This document shows, one piece after another, positions 9,639-19,022 of a stretch of 64,000 nt of DNA (positions within the stretch are counted from its first letter, which is position 1; each line of letters opens with the position of its first letter). The notes under the pieces are model-generated. The model did not search any database. It worked only from the letters and a program-made list of their open reading frames with translations, and was not told the origin of the DNA. A program made the translations under genes and the position numbers. Source of the DNA: Kiritimatiellia bacterium (GTDB taxonomy: Bacteria; Verrucomicrobiota; Kiritimatiellia; CAIVKH01); the NCBI GenBank assembly GCA_025054615.1, contig JANWZO010000004.1, forward strand, positions 44,982 through 108,981, in the 5' to 3' direction.

Positions 9639-10617
9639 GCTCGTCTCCTTGGAAAACATTCAGCCGAACTTCCGGATTCAGACGAATATCTTTTCTCAAC
9701 AGATCCAACAAGGCGAGCGCAATCGGCCCCGGCTTTCCGGACCCGACAGGCCGGCCGTCGAGCTTGACCACCGCCGTAACATCGGGGGTGGTCCCAAAAA
9801 TGAGGATTTCCCGAGCTGCGGCGAATTCCTCCCTGCGGATCGGCCCGCGAAAAATTCCGCGCAATCGCCCATCACGGACCAACTCCTCGGCCAACGCGAG
9901 CGCCCGGTTCATCGTCGTTCCGCTCAGAATGCGCTCGGGACCAGGCACGCGCAGGTTCATTTTGCCGTCAACAATGCCCACATTTTCCGTCGCCCCCTCG
10001 GCGAGAAACCCCTGCTCGTCAAAGGCGACGGCAAAATCCGCGCCGGCGTCGACCGCCTGTTTTTTCAGCAAAGCGTTGGGCAGATAGTTACAGGATTTGA
10101 TCGTGGCAAAAAATCCGGCCTTGATAGGCAGGTCGCTCGTAACGAGCCGGGCCCCTTCCGGATGCGCATCCATGAAGGACGGCACGGGCGCGTGAACCAC
10201 CACATAGAGGGCCGGTTCCGGACAGTCATATGGATTGATCCCCATGCTTCCCGGGCCCCGCGCGAGCAGGACGCGAATCAGGGCATCGCGCCGTCCGCCG
10301 GCGCGGACCGTTTGCGAAACCACATCGGCAAGCGCCTCCGCATCCCAGGGCGCGCCCAGGCCGATCGCGCGCGCCGAATACAGCAGACGGGCAATATGTT
10401 CGCGCCACAGGTAGATTCCGCCATCCACGCACTTCAGCGTCTCAAAGACGCCGTCGCCACGGTGCACGAGATGATCGTCCACGGGAACGAGCATGGCCGC
10501 CGGGTCGGTGACAATCCCGCCGGCAAGGCTGGAATAAAACGCGTAGAGTTCGGCCCGCCGGATCGACGCATGGGCTTGAACAAACGAATCGCGGTCCAGA
10601 AGCGGGATCGCCGTCAT
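9631..10617 (-). CDS. Class IV aminotransferase (BCAT / D-amino-acid aminotransferase / ADC-lyase family)
   Basis: 328 aa from MTAIPLLDRD. The track ORF 9631..11199 has a spurious Arg-rich N-terminal extension that overlaps larE. Fold-type IV PLP enzyme pattern (EGATENVGIV..., ILIFGTTPDVTAV). ATGA overlap with the upstream gene. Confidence 0.75.
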   Translation of the reverse strand: MTAIPLLDRDSFVQAHASIRRAELYAFYSSLAGGIVTDPAAMLVPVDDHLVHRGDGVFETLKCVDGGIYLWREHIARLLYSARAIGLGAPWDAEALADVVSQTVRAGGRRDALIRVLLARGPGSMGINPYDCPEPALYVVVHAPVPSFMDAHPEGARLVTSDLPIKAGFFATIKSCNYLPNALLKKQAVDAGADFAVAFDEQGFLAEGATENVGIVDGKMNLRVPGPERILSGTTMNRALALAEELVRDGRLRGIFRGPIRREEFAAAREILIFGTTPDVTAVVKLDGRPVGSGKPGPIALALLDLLRKDIRLNPEVRLNVFQGDEHE

Positions 10618-11528
10618 TGAGCACATTCCCCGCCGGACGAAGACCGGCGATCCTCGACCGGCGCCGCCTCGAACCTCGTGAACACCTCGTTCAGGCTGCC
10701 GCGGCGGTACCCTTGGAGATCCAGCGATACATACCGAAAGCCGCACGCCCGGAGATGGGCCACAATCTGCTCGCGAATCGGGGCTCTGGCCGCGCGTTCG
10801 ATGTCCTTCGCATCCAGTTCGATCCGCGCCACGTCGCGGTGCACGCGCACCCGCACATTTTGAAAGCCAAGGTCGCGAAGCCCGTTTTCTGCGCGTTCCA
10901 CCCGTGCGAGCGCCTCCGCCGTAATTTTCTCTCCGTAAGGGAACCGCGAAGCCAGACAGGCGAACGCCGGCTTGTCTGCGGTGGGCAGACCCAGCATGCG
11001 CGAGGCCTCGCGGATATCGGCTTTTGAAAAGCCGATCTCTTGAAGCGGGCTTTCCACCCGGTTCTCCAACGCCGCGCGCCGGCCGGGGCGAATGTCGGCG
11101 AGATCGTCTGCGTTGGATCCGTCGACCACATGCGCGTATCCCTCGGCGTCTGCAATCGCTCGCAGCAGGCCGTAAAGCTCGGTTTTGCAATGGTAACACC
11201 GGCTGGTCGGGTTGTTCGCGTAATTCGGATTCGCCAGCTCGTTCGATTCGATCACGCGGTGCGGGATGCCGATGAGGGCGGCAAGGGCGCGCGCCTCCTG
11301 CAGCTCTCGCGCAGGAAATGAGGGCGACGTCGCCGTCACTGCGAGCGCCTTCACGCCCGGTTCGCGGGCCGCTATAGCGGCCAGAAAGGTGCTGTCGACT
11401 CCGGCGCTGAACGCGATCACAACCGACTTCATGTCCCGGATCCTCGCGCGCAGGGCCTCCACTTTATCGTCCAGGGTGCGGATATTCGGACGCGCGATCT
11501 CTCCGTGCGATTGAACCTCAAATTTCAT
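10614..11528 (-). CDS. larE: LarE-like PP-loop ATP pyrophosphatase / sulfur transferase (TIGR00268 family)
   Basis: 305 aa from MKFEV. PP-loop VVIAFSAGVDST. Blocks VVDGSNADDLADIRPGRRA, CLASRFPYGEKIT (catalytic Cys context), ARIELDAKDIER and GFRYVSLDLQGYRRGSLNE match Lactobacillus LarE closely. ATGA overlap with the mnmA stop. Confidence 0.85.
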   Translation of the reverse strand: MKFEVQSHGEIARPNIRTLDDKVEALRARIRDMKSVVIAFSAGVDSTFLAAIAAREPGVKALAVTATSPSFPARELQEARALAALIGIPHRVIESNELANPNYANNPTSRCYHCKTELYGLLRAIADAEGYAHVVDGSNADDLADIRPGRRAALENRVESPLQEIGFSKADIREASRMLGLPTADKPAFACLASRFPYGEKITAEALARVERAENGLRDLGFQNVRVRVHRDVARIELDAKDIERAARAPIREQIVAHLRACGFRYVSLDLQGYRRGSLNEVFTRFEAAPVEDRRSSSGGECAQ

Positions 11529-12610
11529 GCTTTCGCGATCCATCCCCCGCCCAGCAGGGTGTCGCCCGCATAAAATACCGCAGCCTGCCCCGGCGTCACG
11601 GCGAATTGAGGCTCCGCAAACTTCACGCGCGCGCGCCGGGCGTCCAGCCTCTCCAGTTGTGCGGCGACGCCCGAGTGCTGATACCGCAGCCGGACGGTCA
11701 GAGCCACGCCAAAGTCCGGCTCCCTGCCAGATTGCCAGAAAATGTCTTCGACGATGCACGAATCCCGCAGGACCTCCTCGCGGCGGCCGACCACCAGGGT
11801 GTTGGTCTCCGGCAGCAGTTCCCTCACATATAGCCGGTGCGGAGCCGCGATCCCCAGCCCTTCCCGCTGGCCGATGGTGTAGCGGTGCACTCCTCGATGG
11901 GTGCCCACTATGCGGCCCGATGAATCGACGATCGGTCCCTCGCGACGCACTTCCGGATGATATTTCTCCACCAGCGGGGCCGGACCCGCATCCGTGATAA
12001 AGCACAAATCCGCGGTTTCCCGCATGCCCTGGATCGGTAGCCCTTTTTCGGCGGCTATGCGGCGCACTTGCTCTTTTGTCAATTCCCCCAGCGGAAACAC
12101 GCAAAGCTGCAACTGCTCCTGCGTCAAGCGATGCAGAAAGTAGGATTGGTCTTTCCGCGGGTCGAGCCCACGCCGCAGGCAGACGCCTCCCGCCGTCCGC
12201 TCAATCCTGACGTAATGCCCCGTAGCGACAAAATCGCAACCGAGGGCCAGCGCTCGCTCGATGAGAACGCCGAACTTGAACAATCGGTTGCAAAGAATAC
12301 AGGGGTTCGGCGTGAGGCCTGCCGAATAGGCAGCGGCGAACGGCCGGATGATCTTCCGCTCAAATTCTTCAACAACATTCAGCGTGTAGTGTCGGATCCC
12401 CAGGGCATCGCACACGCGCCTCGCCCTTTGAACGTCTTCGAGCGAGCAACAACGCGATCCCTCTTTGAACATGTGGAGGGTAAGCCCGATCACCTCCCAG
12501 CCCTGCTCGGACAGAAGCGCCGCGGCGACTGACGAATCGATTCCACCGCTCATCCCGACGGCAACCCGTCTTGGCCTGGCTGTTATCTCTGTCATGCGGA
12601 CTTTCGGCAT
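11525..12610 (-). CDS. mnmA: tRNA-specific 2-thiouridylase MnmA
   Basis: PP-loop VAVGMSGGIDSSVAA. Conserved cysteines (RCCSLED, PCILCN). Size 361 aa. Confidence 0.9.
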   Translation of the reverse strand: MPKVRMTEITARPRRVAVGMSGGIDSSVAAALLSEQGWEVIGLTLHMFKEGSRCCSLEDVQRARRVCDALGIRHYTLNVVEEFERKIIRPFAAAYSAGLTPNPCILCNRLFKFGVLIERALALGCDFVATGHYVRIERTAGGVCLRRGLDPRKDQSYFLHRLTQEQLQLCVFPLGELTKEQVRRIAAEKGLPIQGMRETADLCFITDAGPAPLVEKYHPEVRREGPIVDSSGRIVGTHRGVHRYTIGQREGLGIAAPHRLYVRELLPETNTLVVGRREEVLRDSCIVEDIFWQSGREPDFGVALTVRLRYQHSGVAAQLERLDARRARVKFAEPQFAVTPGQAAVFYAGDTLLGGGWIAKA

Positions 12611-12717
12611 CCACTCACATCAGCGCTTTAACGTCAAAACCCAACCGGTCTACTACCCTCCTCGCGATCGTTCTCGACCGTGGATTATGGGGACCATCTG
12701 TGCCATCCTAATTTGCC

Positions 12718-13284
12718 ATGACAACTCGGAAAGCGGTTGAATGCGCGCTAAGCCTGGGATCCTGCCTGGGAGACCGACTTCGCCACTTGCGCGAGGCTCG
12801 GGCGGCCATCGCGGCCATCCCCGGCGTGACGATCATAGCCGCTTCACCCGTTTACGAAACCGAACCCGTAGGCGTGAAACCTGAATTCGCAGCCCTCCAT
12901 TACTTGAACGCGGTCCTAATTCTTGAAACGACGCTGACCGCCGACGCCCTGCGAGCGACTCTCGCCCGGATCGAAGAGGCGGCCGGCCGCGTCCGAACCG
13001 AGGATAAATATGCCCCTCGCACACTCGATATCGACATCCTCTATCATGGCGATGAATTCCGCTCGTCTCCCGAACTCTCGCTCCCTCACCCGCGCTGGGC
13101 GGATCGACGATTCGTTGTGCAGCCGCTAGCCGATGTCCGCCCCGACCACATTCTGCCGGGGTCAACGGTCACCGTGGCCGAGCGCCTTGCACTACTCCCG
13201 ATCCATCCCGCCGTGCGGAAATTTACCGACCAGTGGCCGCCCATTGAAGCCGTCGGTAGACCGGAATCCAACCCCCAAACCTGA
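12718..13284 (+). CDS. folK: 6-hydroxymethyl-7,8-dihydropterin pyrophosphokinase (HPPK)
   Basis: LSLGSCLGDR...SPVYETEPVG...LNAVLILET...RPRTLDIDILY is the FolK signature. Confidence 0.85.
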   Translation: MTTRKAVECALSLGSCLGDRLRHLREARAAIAAIPGVTIIAASPVYETEPVGVKPEFAALHYLNAVLILETTLTADALRATLARIEEAAGRVRTEDKYAPRTLDIDILYHGDEFRSSPELSLPHPRWADRRFVVQPLADVRPDHILPGSTVTVAERLALLPIHPAVRKFTDQWPPIEAVGRPESNPQT

Positions 13285-13581
13285 CTACCCTCGCCGGCCC
13301 TTGCGCCCAAATCCCGGCGAATCTTCCCATGCCGCGGACTCAATCGTCGTTCGGGGATAGAGCCGATTGGCCAGCGCCGCAGCCGCGTAGGCAAGCCCCA
13401 TGTACACGACGGCAAAAATGAGAAACGTCACCGCATTCCGCAGCCATGCCGGAGGTTCCAACCCCGCCGACACCAGCCGGACATGTATCGCGTGCCAGCC
13501 GTGAAGAGATGCGACCAGCAGCGGGAAAAATACGAGATGCATGCCCAGCCAAATCAGGCCTCTTGCCGAGCGATCTTCCAT
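13285..13581 (-). CDS. Small integral membrane protein, hypothetical
   Basis: 98 aa with two or three predicted TM helices (LIWLGMHLVFFPLLVASL, AVTFLIFAVVYMGLAYAAAAL). Convergent with folK. No family call. Confidence 0.35.
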   Translation of the reverse strand: MEDRSARGLIWLGMHLVFFPLLVASLHGWHAIHVRLVSAGLEPPAWLRNAVTFLIFAVVYMGLAYAAAALANRLYPRTTIESAAWEDSPGFGRKGRRG

Positions 13582-13759
13582 ATCACCATGTTACACCAAA
13601 ACCGTTTTTTTTCTTGCGCGCCGGTAGGCTTTCCCTAAATTCCGCGCCAGTCCTGAAAACGCGTGGAAGTAAGGACGGAAGCGAGCGCCCACCCGCTCCC
13701 GGGTCCGGGCCAAAGCAGATTTTCCGCGAAATCGCGGAAGAACAGAGGGAGAAGAATAG

Positions 13760-14668
13760 ATGGATACGGGCGGGTACACCCCCAACGTCACGGTCGAAGA
13801 CCTCTTGAACGCCGGCCTTCATTTCGGCCACCAGACCAAACGGTGGAACCCGAAAATGAAGAAATACATCTTCGGCACGCGCAACGGCATCTACATTATA
13901 GACCTGCACAAATCGTTAGAGCTTTTGAAAGTGGCTCTAAATTTCCTGTACCGCACGGCCGCCGAGGGCAAGTCGGTGCTGTTTGTCGGAACAAAGCAGC
14001 AGGCCCACCTTCCGATCGTGTCCTGCGCCGACCGCACGCGCCAGCCCTATGTCACGAATCGCTGGCTCGGCGGCACGCTCACCAACAACGTCACCATCCG
14101 AAAAAGCATTGGTCGGATGCAGGAAATCGAGGCGCTGGAGAAGAGCGGGGCTTTCGAGAAAATGCCCAAAAAAGAGGCCGCACGCCTTAAGCGCGAACTT
14201 GAAAAACTGCGCTCCAATCTCGAAGGCATCAAGGACATGATGACGTTGCCCGGCGCGGTCTTCGTCATCGACACCGAACGGGAAAAAATCGCCATTTCGG
14301 AAGCCAATCGACTGGGCATCCCGGTGGTCGCCATCGTCGACACCAACAGCGACCCCGATCCGATCAACTACCCCATCCCGGGTAACGATGACGCCAGCCG
14401 GGCCATCGAGCTCATTTGCAAGCTGGCCGCCGAGGCGATTGAGCGAGGCATCGCGGATCATACGCAAATCGCAGCGGCTGAGGCCCAACAAAAGAGCGCG
14501 GAGGATGACCGCGCGAAGGCGTCCGAATCGGCGGCCAAAGCCACGTCAACCGCTGCGGGCGCGCCGGCCAAAGCCGAACCTCGAAAAGAGGTCCGCCGCA
14601 CTCGCGCGCCGCGGGCTGCGGAGACTTCGGCCGAGGAATCTTCCTACCGTTCAAGCGCGGACGAATAA
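13760..14668 (+). CDS. rpsB: 30S ribosomal protein S2
   Basis: LLNAGLHFGHQTKRWNPKMKKYIFG..., then the canonical S2 core. Ala/Glu-rich C-terminal tail. Followed by tsf as in the conserved rpsB-tsf operon. Confidence 0.95.
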   Translation: MDTGGYTPNVTVEDLLNAGLHFGHQTKRWNPKMKKYIFGTRNGIYIIDLHKSLELLKVALNFLYRTAAEGKSVLFVGTKQQAHLPIVSCADRTRQPYVTNRWLGGTLTNNVTIRKSIGRMQEIEALEKSGAFEKMPKKEAARLKRELEKLRSNLEGIKDMMTLPGAVFVIDTEREKIAISEANRLGIPVVAIVDTNSDPDPINYPIPGNDDASRAIELICKLAAEAIERGIADHTQIAAAEAQQKSAEDDRAKASESAAKATSTAAGAPAKAEPRKEVRRTRAPRAAETSAEESSYRSSADE

Positions 14669-14709
14669 CGAACGCTCAAGGATCGAACCCACAACAACAC
14701 GGACACGCC

Positions 14710-15546
14710 ATGAACATATCTGCAACGATGGTCAAGGAGCTCCGCGACGAGACGGGGCTAGGCATGATGGAGTGCAAAAACGCCCTTGTGGAAGCAAAAG
14801 GCGACAAGCAGGCCGCCATCCGTATTTTGCGAGAACGCGGCCTCGCGATCGCGGGCAAGAAAGCCGACCGCGCCGTCAAGGACGGCCGAGTGGCTTGCGA
14901 GATTTACGACGGCGGAAAAGCGGGCGTCATGATCGAGGTCAACTGCGAAACGGATTTCGTCGCGCGGAATGCTGTCTTCCAGGCATTCATGAAGGACCTC
15001 CTCCAGATCGCCAAGGGGCTTGGCGATAATCAACTTGCGGACCATGTCAAGGAACAGGTCGCCGCCAAAATCGCCGAGATCGGCGAGAACATCGTCGTAC
15101 GCCGCAATGTGAAGTATTTATTGCAGGGCGAGGGCATTATCGCCGGCTACATCCATCTCGGCGAAAAGGTCGGCGTCCTTGTTGAAATGGGATGCACCAA
15201 ACCTGATTCCGTTGGCACCGAGGTATTCCGGGAAGCCGTTAAGGATGTGACCCTCCACATCGCCGCCTGCAATCCCGCCTATCTCCGGCGCGAAGACGTC
15301 CCCGCCGAGGTCGTCAACACCGAGCGCGAAATCTATGCAAAACAGGTCCAGGGCAAACCGGCCAACATCATTCAAAAGATCGTCGACGGGAAGATGGAGA
15401 AATTCTATCAGCAGACCTGCCTTGTGGAACAGGCGTTCGTCAAGGATGCGGACCACACGGTGGCCGAAATGCTGAAGGCTCGAGGCGATTCGATCGGCGA
15501 TACGCTGACCATTCGCCGGTTTATTCGCTACCAGGTCGGCGCCTGA
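14710..15546 (+). CDS. tsf: Elongation factor Ts
   Basis: MVKELRDETGLGMMECKNALVEAKGDKQAAIRILRERGL is the EF-Ts N-terminal UBA-like motif. 278 aa. Confidence 0.95.
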   Translation: MNISATMVKELRDETGLGMMECKNALVEAKGDKQAAIRILRERGLAIAGKKADRAVKDGRVACEIYDGGKAGVMIEVNCETDFVARNAVFQAFMKDLLQIAKGLGDNQLADHVKEQVAAKIAEIGENIVVRRNVKYLLQGEGIIAGYIHLGEKVGVLVEMGCTKPDSVGTEVFREAVKDVTLHIAACNPAYLRREDVPAEVVNTEREIYAKQVQGKPANIIQKIVDGKMEKFYQQTCLVEQAFVKDADHTVAEMLKARGDSIGDTLTIRRFIRYQVGA

Positions 15547-15725
15547 CATCCAGACCGGCAGGGCAACAAGCGCCGGACCATCCTCGCCAACACATAAAAA
15601 ATCATTCCCGCAGCGATTCGCCGCAACCTGGCACAATTGCGGGATGTTGCGATCTTAGAAGGCGGAAATAAGAAACCGGAAAGATACCGCCCTGCGCGAG
15701 CGGCATCATTCCGATCGCCGCCGAA

Positions 15726-16382
15726 TCAGGATTTGCGCTTGATCGTAATCGTGATCGGCCGGCGCTTGAGCACGGCACTCTGTGCGCCCGACGAGGCCTC
15801 GGGCCGCTTTTCTTCTTTCGGCTCCGTCAGCGGCACGCGGGGGAGCTCCGGCTCCGCCGGCGTCGCTTTGGGCGCTGGCTCCGACGATGAAGCCGGCGAG
15901 GATCCGACGGGCGGCGTATGGACCGGAGTATGGCGTTGTGGGATGGTGTCGTTGACGATCTCCCGCAAAATGGTGGTATATCCCTTGCCGATGTCCATTT
16001 TCCCTTCGATTTCCCGAAAGGCTGTCTCGGTACCCACTTCAGGATCCTGTTCAAAACTCAGGGTCGTGGAACCTACGCGGATGACGTCCCCCGCCTTCAG
16101 CTTGGCGACGTCGATTTTTTGATTGTTGACCCAGGTGCCGTTTCGGGATTTCAGGTCCTTGATGTAAAAATCTCCGTCCCACAGCCGGATGCCGCAGTGG
16201 ATGCGCGACACGCGCTCGTCCAGAAGGACAATATCGGCGTCGGCGCTGCGGCCGATCGTGATCGGCTGGTCGCCGAGCTGAAACTCCATCTGCGTGCCAT
16301 CCGGTTTAGTATAACGCAATCGCATGTTCGGAAGCCCGTAACTTGCATCCTGCAGTCTAAGGAAAGGCATCCCCTTTCGCAA
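15726..16382 (-). CDS. FHA-domain protein
   Basis: ITIGRSADADIVLLDERVSRIHCGIRLWDGDFYIKDLKSRNGTWVNNQKI is a canonical FHA core (GR...SR.H......NGT.VN). The Pro/Ala/Ser-rich C-terminal tail is basic. Confidence 0.75.
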   Translation of the reverse strand: MRKGMPFLRLQDASYGLPNMRLRYTKPDGTQMEFQLGDQPITIGRSADADIVLLDERVSRIHCGIRLWDGDFYIKDLKSRNGTWVNNQKIDVAKLKAGDVIRVGSTTLSFEQDPEVGTETAFREIEGKMDIGKGYTTILREIVNDTIPQRHTPVHTPPVGSSPASSSEPAPKATPAEPELPRVPLTEPKEEKRPEASSGAQSAVLKRRPITITIKRKS

Positions 16383-16400
16383 CAGGTTTGCAGAACCCGC

Positions 16401-17603
16401 CTAAGGCTCGAGCCGCCCTTGCCGAAGAATCTCCTCTATGGCGGGGTCCGGTTCGGCTCCCGCGGCAACCGCTTCGTCGTAATATCGGCGGGCGGCCTCC
16501 AGGTCCGCTTTGGGCCCCGTCGAAAGAAGGATGGCTAGGTTCATCTTGGCCTCCGCGTCTGTCGGATCCAGTTCAACAGCACGACGCATTTCGCGCGCGG
16601 CATCCTCTGTCCGCCCCCTGGCATTCAACACAATGCCGTAGAATTTCCTCAATAGCGGGTCAGTCGGATCCAACTCCACGGCCCGTTCGCAATCTCGGAG
16701 CGCCTCCCGCGTTTTGCCTTCCCTCCACAGAATGATGCCCCGCATGCCTATAGCCTGCGCGTTCCGCGAATCTGCCGCCAACACCTCATCGACCAGGCGC
16801 CGCGAAGCATCGAGATCATCGGCGTGGAATGCGGCCGCTGCCAATCCAAGGGTCGCGCTCGCCAGCCCCGGCTGAAGGGCCAAAGCCTCTTCAAATCGAT
16901 TACGGGCCAGATCCAAATCCCCTGCCCGAAGTGCGCGCTGCCCCTCTGCAACGAGGCGGAAAACAATCGTTGCGTTCGTGGTCGCTGGCGCAGCCGCACG
17001 GGATTTGTCTTCCGTCGGAGCCGTTCCGGCGGACTTCGAGAGCGCCACTTCTGTCGGCGGCGAATCGCTCCGATTCCCTTCCTCGCGGCCGGCAAGCATG
17101 GCATGCTGTCGGAACGCTTTCTCCTGTTCACGCAGAGCGGCGCGCACCTCTCGCACCTCCTTTTCCCGCTCGGCGAGAATCGCTCGCAGTCGCGCCTGGT
17201 GCTCCTGCTCGCGCCAAAGCGACTCGCGAAGGCCGCGAATCTCCTCCATGACCCGCTCATCGGCCTCCACCTGAAGGTCGTTCAGTCGGCGCTCCATCTC
17301 CACAATTCGAGCCAGATTGGATGTGGATTGTGAGGCAACCCCTTCAAGACGGTCGCGGGCCTGCTTCAGCGCGAGCGCGGCCTGATAGATTTCCCTGCGC
17401 AGCGCGTTCAACTCCTCTTCGTGTCGCCGTTGCATCTCGTGATAGGCGCGAAGTTCCGCCACCACGTCATCGAACGTTGCGGCGGGCTGGACACCGCCCC
17501 GCGGTTGCTGCGGCCCCTGCGGAGCGCGGCACGCGGCCACCGCCGCGCACATCAGGACACACAACACAATCCCCGAACGGCTCAAAAAATCGCGAGCAAT
17601 CAT
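16401..17603 (-). CDS. TPR-repeat lipoprotein with coiled-coil region
   Basis: Real start MIARDFLSRSGIVLCVLMCAAVAAC (lipobox). A coiled-coil region rich in E/R/L is followed by 4-5 TPR units (AIGMRGIILWREGKTREALRDCERAVELDPTD ...). The track ORF 16401..18437 is extended upstream by an antisense read-through of pyrC. Confidence 0.7.
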   Translation of the reverse strand: MIARDFLSRSGIVLCVLMCAAVAACRAPQGPQQPRGGVQPAATFDDVVAELRAYHEMQRRHEEELNALRREIYQAALALKQARDRLEGVASQSTSNLARIVEMERRLNDLQVEADERVMEEIRGLRESLWREQEHQARLRAILAEREKEVREVRAALREQEKAFRQHAMLAGREEGNRSDSPPTEVALSKSAGTAPTEDKSRAAAPATTNATIVFRLVAEGQRALRAGDLDLARNRFEEALALQPGLASATLGLAAAAFHADDLDASRRLVDEVLAADSRNAQAIGMRGIILWREGKTREALRDCERAVELDPTDPLLRKFYGIVLNARGRTEDAAREMRRAVELDPTDAEAKMNLAILLSTGPKADLEAARRYYDEAVAAGAEPDPAIEEILRQGRLEP

Positions 17604-17744
17604 GACTCGAGTGTTGCGCCTCCTGCGCGATTTCGCAAGCGCCGATTCCGATCCGCGCGCGGCTGGCGACCGCAGGAAAATCCATCGCCGCAGCTCAGAT
17701 TTTTTGCTCGTCTTCCCGGCACTGGAGACGAACATCTTGCCCAA

Positions 17745-19022
17745 ATGTCGGACGCCTTCCTGATTACAAACGGCCGCGTCCTCGACCCCGCCACGGGTGA
17801 GGATGCCGTTCGCGATTTGTGCATTTCCGGCGGGCTCATCGTCCGGCACGCGCCCCCCTCCGCCCGGGTCATCGATGCGGCCGGTCGGTTCGTCACACCG
17901 GGCCTCATTGATCTCCACGTGCACATGCGTGAACCCGGCGGTGAGGAGAATGAAACGATTGAAACCGCCTCCCGCGCCGCCGCGCGCGGCGGGTTTACAA
18001 CGGTCGTCGCTATGCCCAACACCCGGCCGCCCCACGATACGCCCGAAACGATCCGCTACGTCGCCCTCCGGGGCCGCGAGGCGGGGCGTGTCCGCGTCCT
18101 TCCCAGCGGCGCGATCACGCTCGGTCGGCAGGGCAAGGCCCTCGCCAATCTCGCGGCACTCGCCGGAGCGGGCGCGGTCGCCTTCACCGACGACGGCTGC
18201 ACGGTCCAGGACGACGCGCTCATGCAGCGAGCGATGGATATCGCCCGCGACCTCGGAAAACCCATCCTCGACCACGCCCAGGACAATCGGATCGAGCGGC
18301 AGGGTGGGGTCATGCACGAGGGCGAGGCGTCCCGCCGATTCGGTCTGCCAGGAATTCCCGTTGAAGCGGAGACGCGGATAGTCCAACGCGACATCGAACT
18401 GGCCGAATCCACGGGTTGCCGCGTCCACATCCAGCATGTCTCATCCGCCGCGGCCGCCGACCTGATCCGCTCGGCGCGCGCGAGAGGCGCGCCCGTCACC
18501 GCGGAATTGACGCCTCACCACCTCGCCCTCTGCGACGAGGACATCGACCCCGCCAATGCGAATTTCAAAATGAATCCGCCGCTCCGTTCCCGCAGCGACC
18601 GAGCGGCCCTTGAACGCGCCATCGTGGACGGATCCATTACCTGTTTCGCGACCGACCACGCGCCGCACAGCGCGGACAAAAAGGCCCGCGGATTTTTGCG
18701 CGCTCCTTTTGGCGTCGTGGGCCTGGAGACAGCCGTCGGCGTCACGTGGACCCTGCTGGTCCGACCGGGCAAGATGCCGGCCCTCGAATGGTTGCGCCGA
18801 TGGACGACCGGGCCCGCATCCGTACTCGGACTGCCGCCCCCCAGCCTTGCCCCGGGCTGCCCCGCCGATGTCGCGATCTTCGACGTGGAAACGCCTTGGA
18901 TCGTCCATCCCAACCGCTTCGAATCCAAGTCGCATAACACGCCATTTGCGAACTGGACCCTCTTCGGTCGCGCAGTGGCCGTCTGGCTGGCCGGCAAACT
19001 CGTTTGGGAGGAGCGCTCATGA
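17745..19022 (+). CDS. pyrC: Dihydroorotase (type I, multifunctional-complex type)
   Basis: From MSDAFLITNGRVLD. Metal ligands DLHVHMREPG, FTDDG, ILDHAQD, HIQHVSS, FATDHAPH. The track ORF 17421..19022 starts upstream in-frame, but the Met at 17745 gives the canonical N-terminus. Confidence 0.88.
   Translation: MSDAFLITNGRVLDPATGEDAVRDLCISGGLIVRHAPPSARVIDAAGRFVTPGLIDLHVHMREPGGEENETIETASRAAARGGFTTVVAMPNTRPPHDTPETIRYVALRGREAGRVRVLPSGAITLGRQGKALANLAALAGAGAVAFTDDGCTVQDDALMQRAMDIARDLGKPILDHAQDNRIERQGGVMHEGEASRRFGLPGIPVEAETRIVQRDIELAESTGCRVHIQHVSSAAAADLIRSARARGAPVTAELTPHHLALCDEDIDPANANFKMNPPLRSRSDRAALERAIVDGSITCFATDHAPHSADKKARGFLRAPFGVVGLETAVGVTWTLLVRPGKMPALEWLRRWTTGPASVLGLPPPSLAPGCPADVAIFDVETPWIVHPNRFESKSHNTPFANWTLFGRAVAVWLAGKLVWEERS

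Noticed and set aside
9631-12104. N-terminal extensions of track ORFs 9631..11199 and 10614..12104
   Set aside because: Extensions overlap the upstream genes (larE, mnmA) out of frame and are Arg/Gly-rich. Conserved N-termini and ATGA junctions place real starts at 10617 and 11528.
13582-13759. rpsB leader as a possible riboswitch or autoregulatory structure
   Set aside because: S2 autoregulation leaders are known in Proteobacteria, but I could not recognise the conserved pseudoknot elements by eye. Left uncalled.
15600-15650. Possible terminator between convergent tsf and FHA genes (TCCCGCA...TGCGGGA)
   Set aside because: 7-bp stem with a 25-nt loop and no T-tract. Too weak to call.
16401-18437. 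678-aa minus-strand ORF
   Set aside because: Chimeric. Only the C-terminal 400 aa (from MIARDFLS at 17603) form the TPR lipoprotein. The upstream part is antisense to pyrC.
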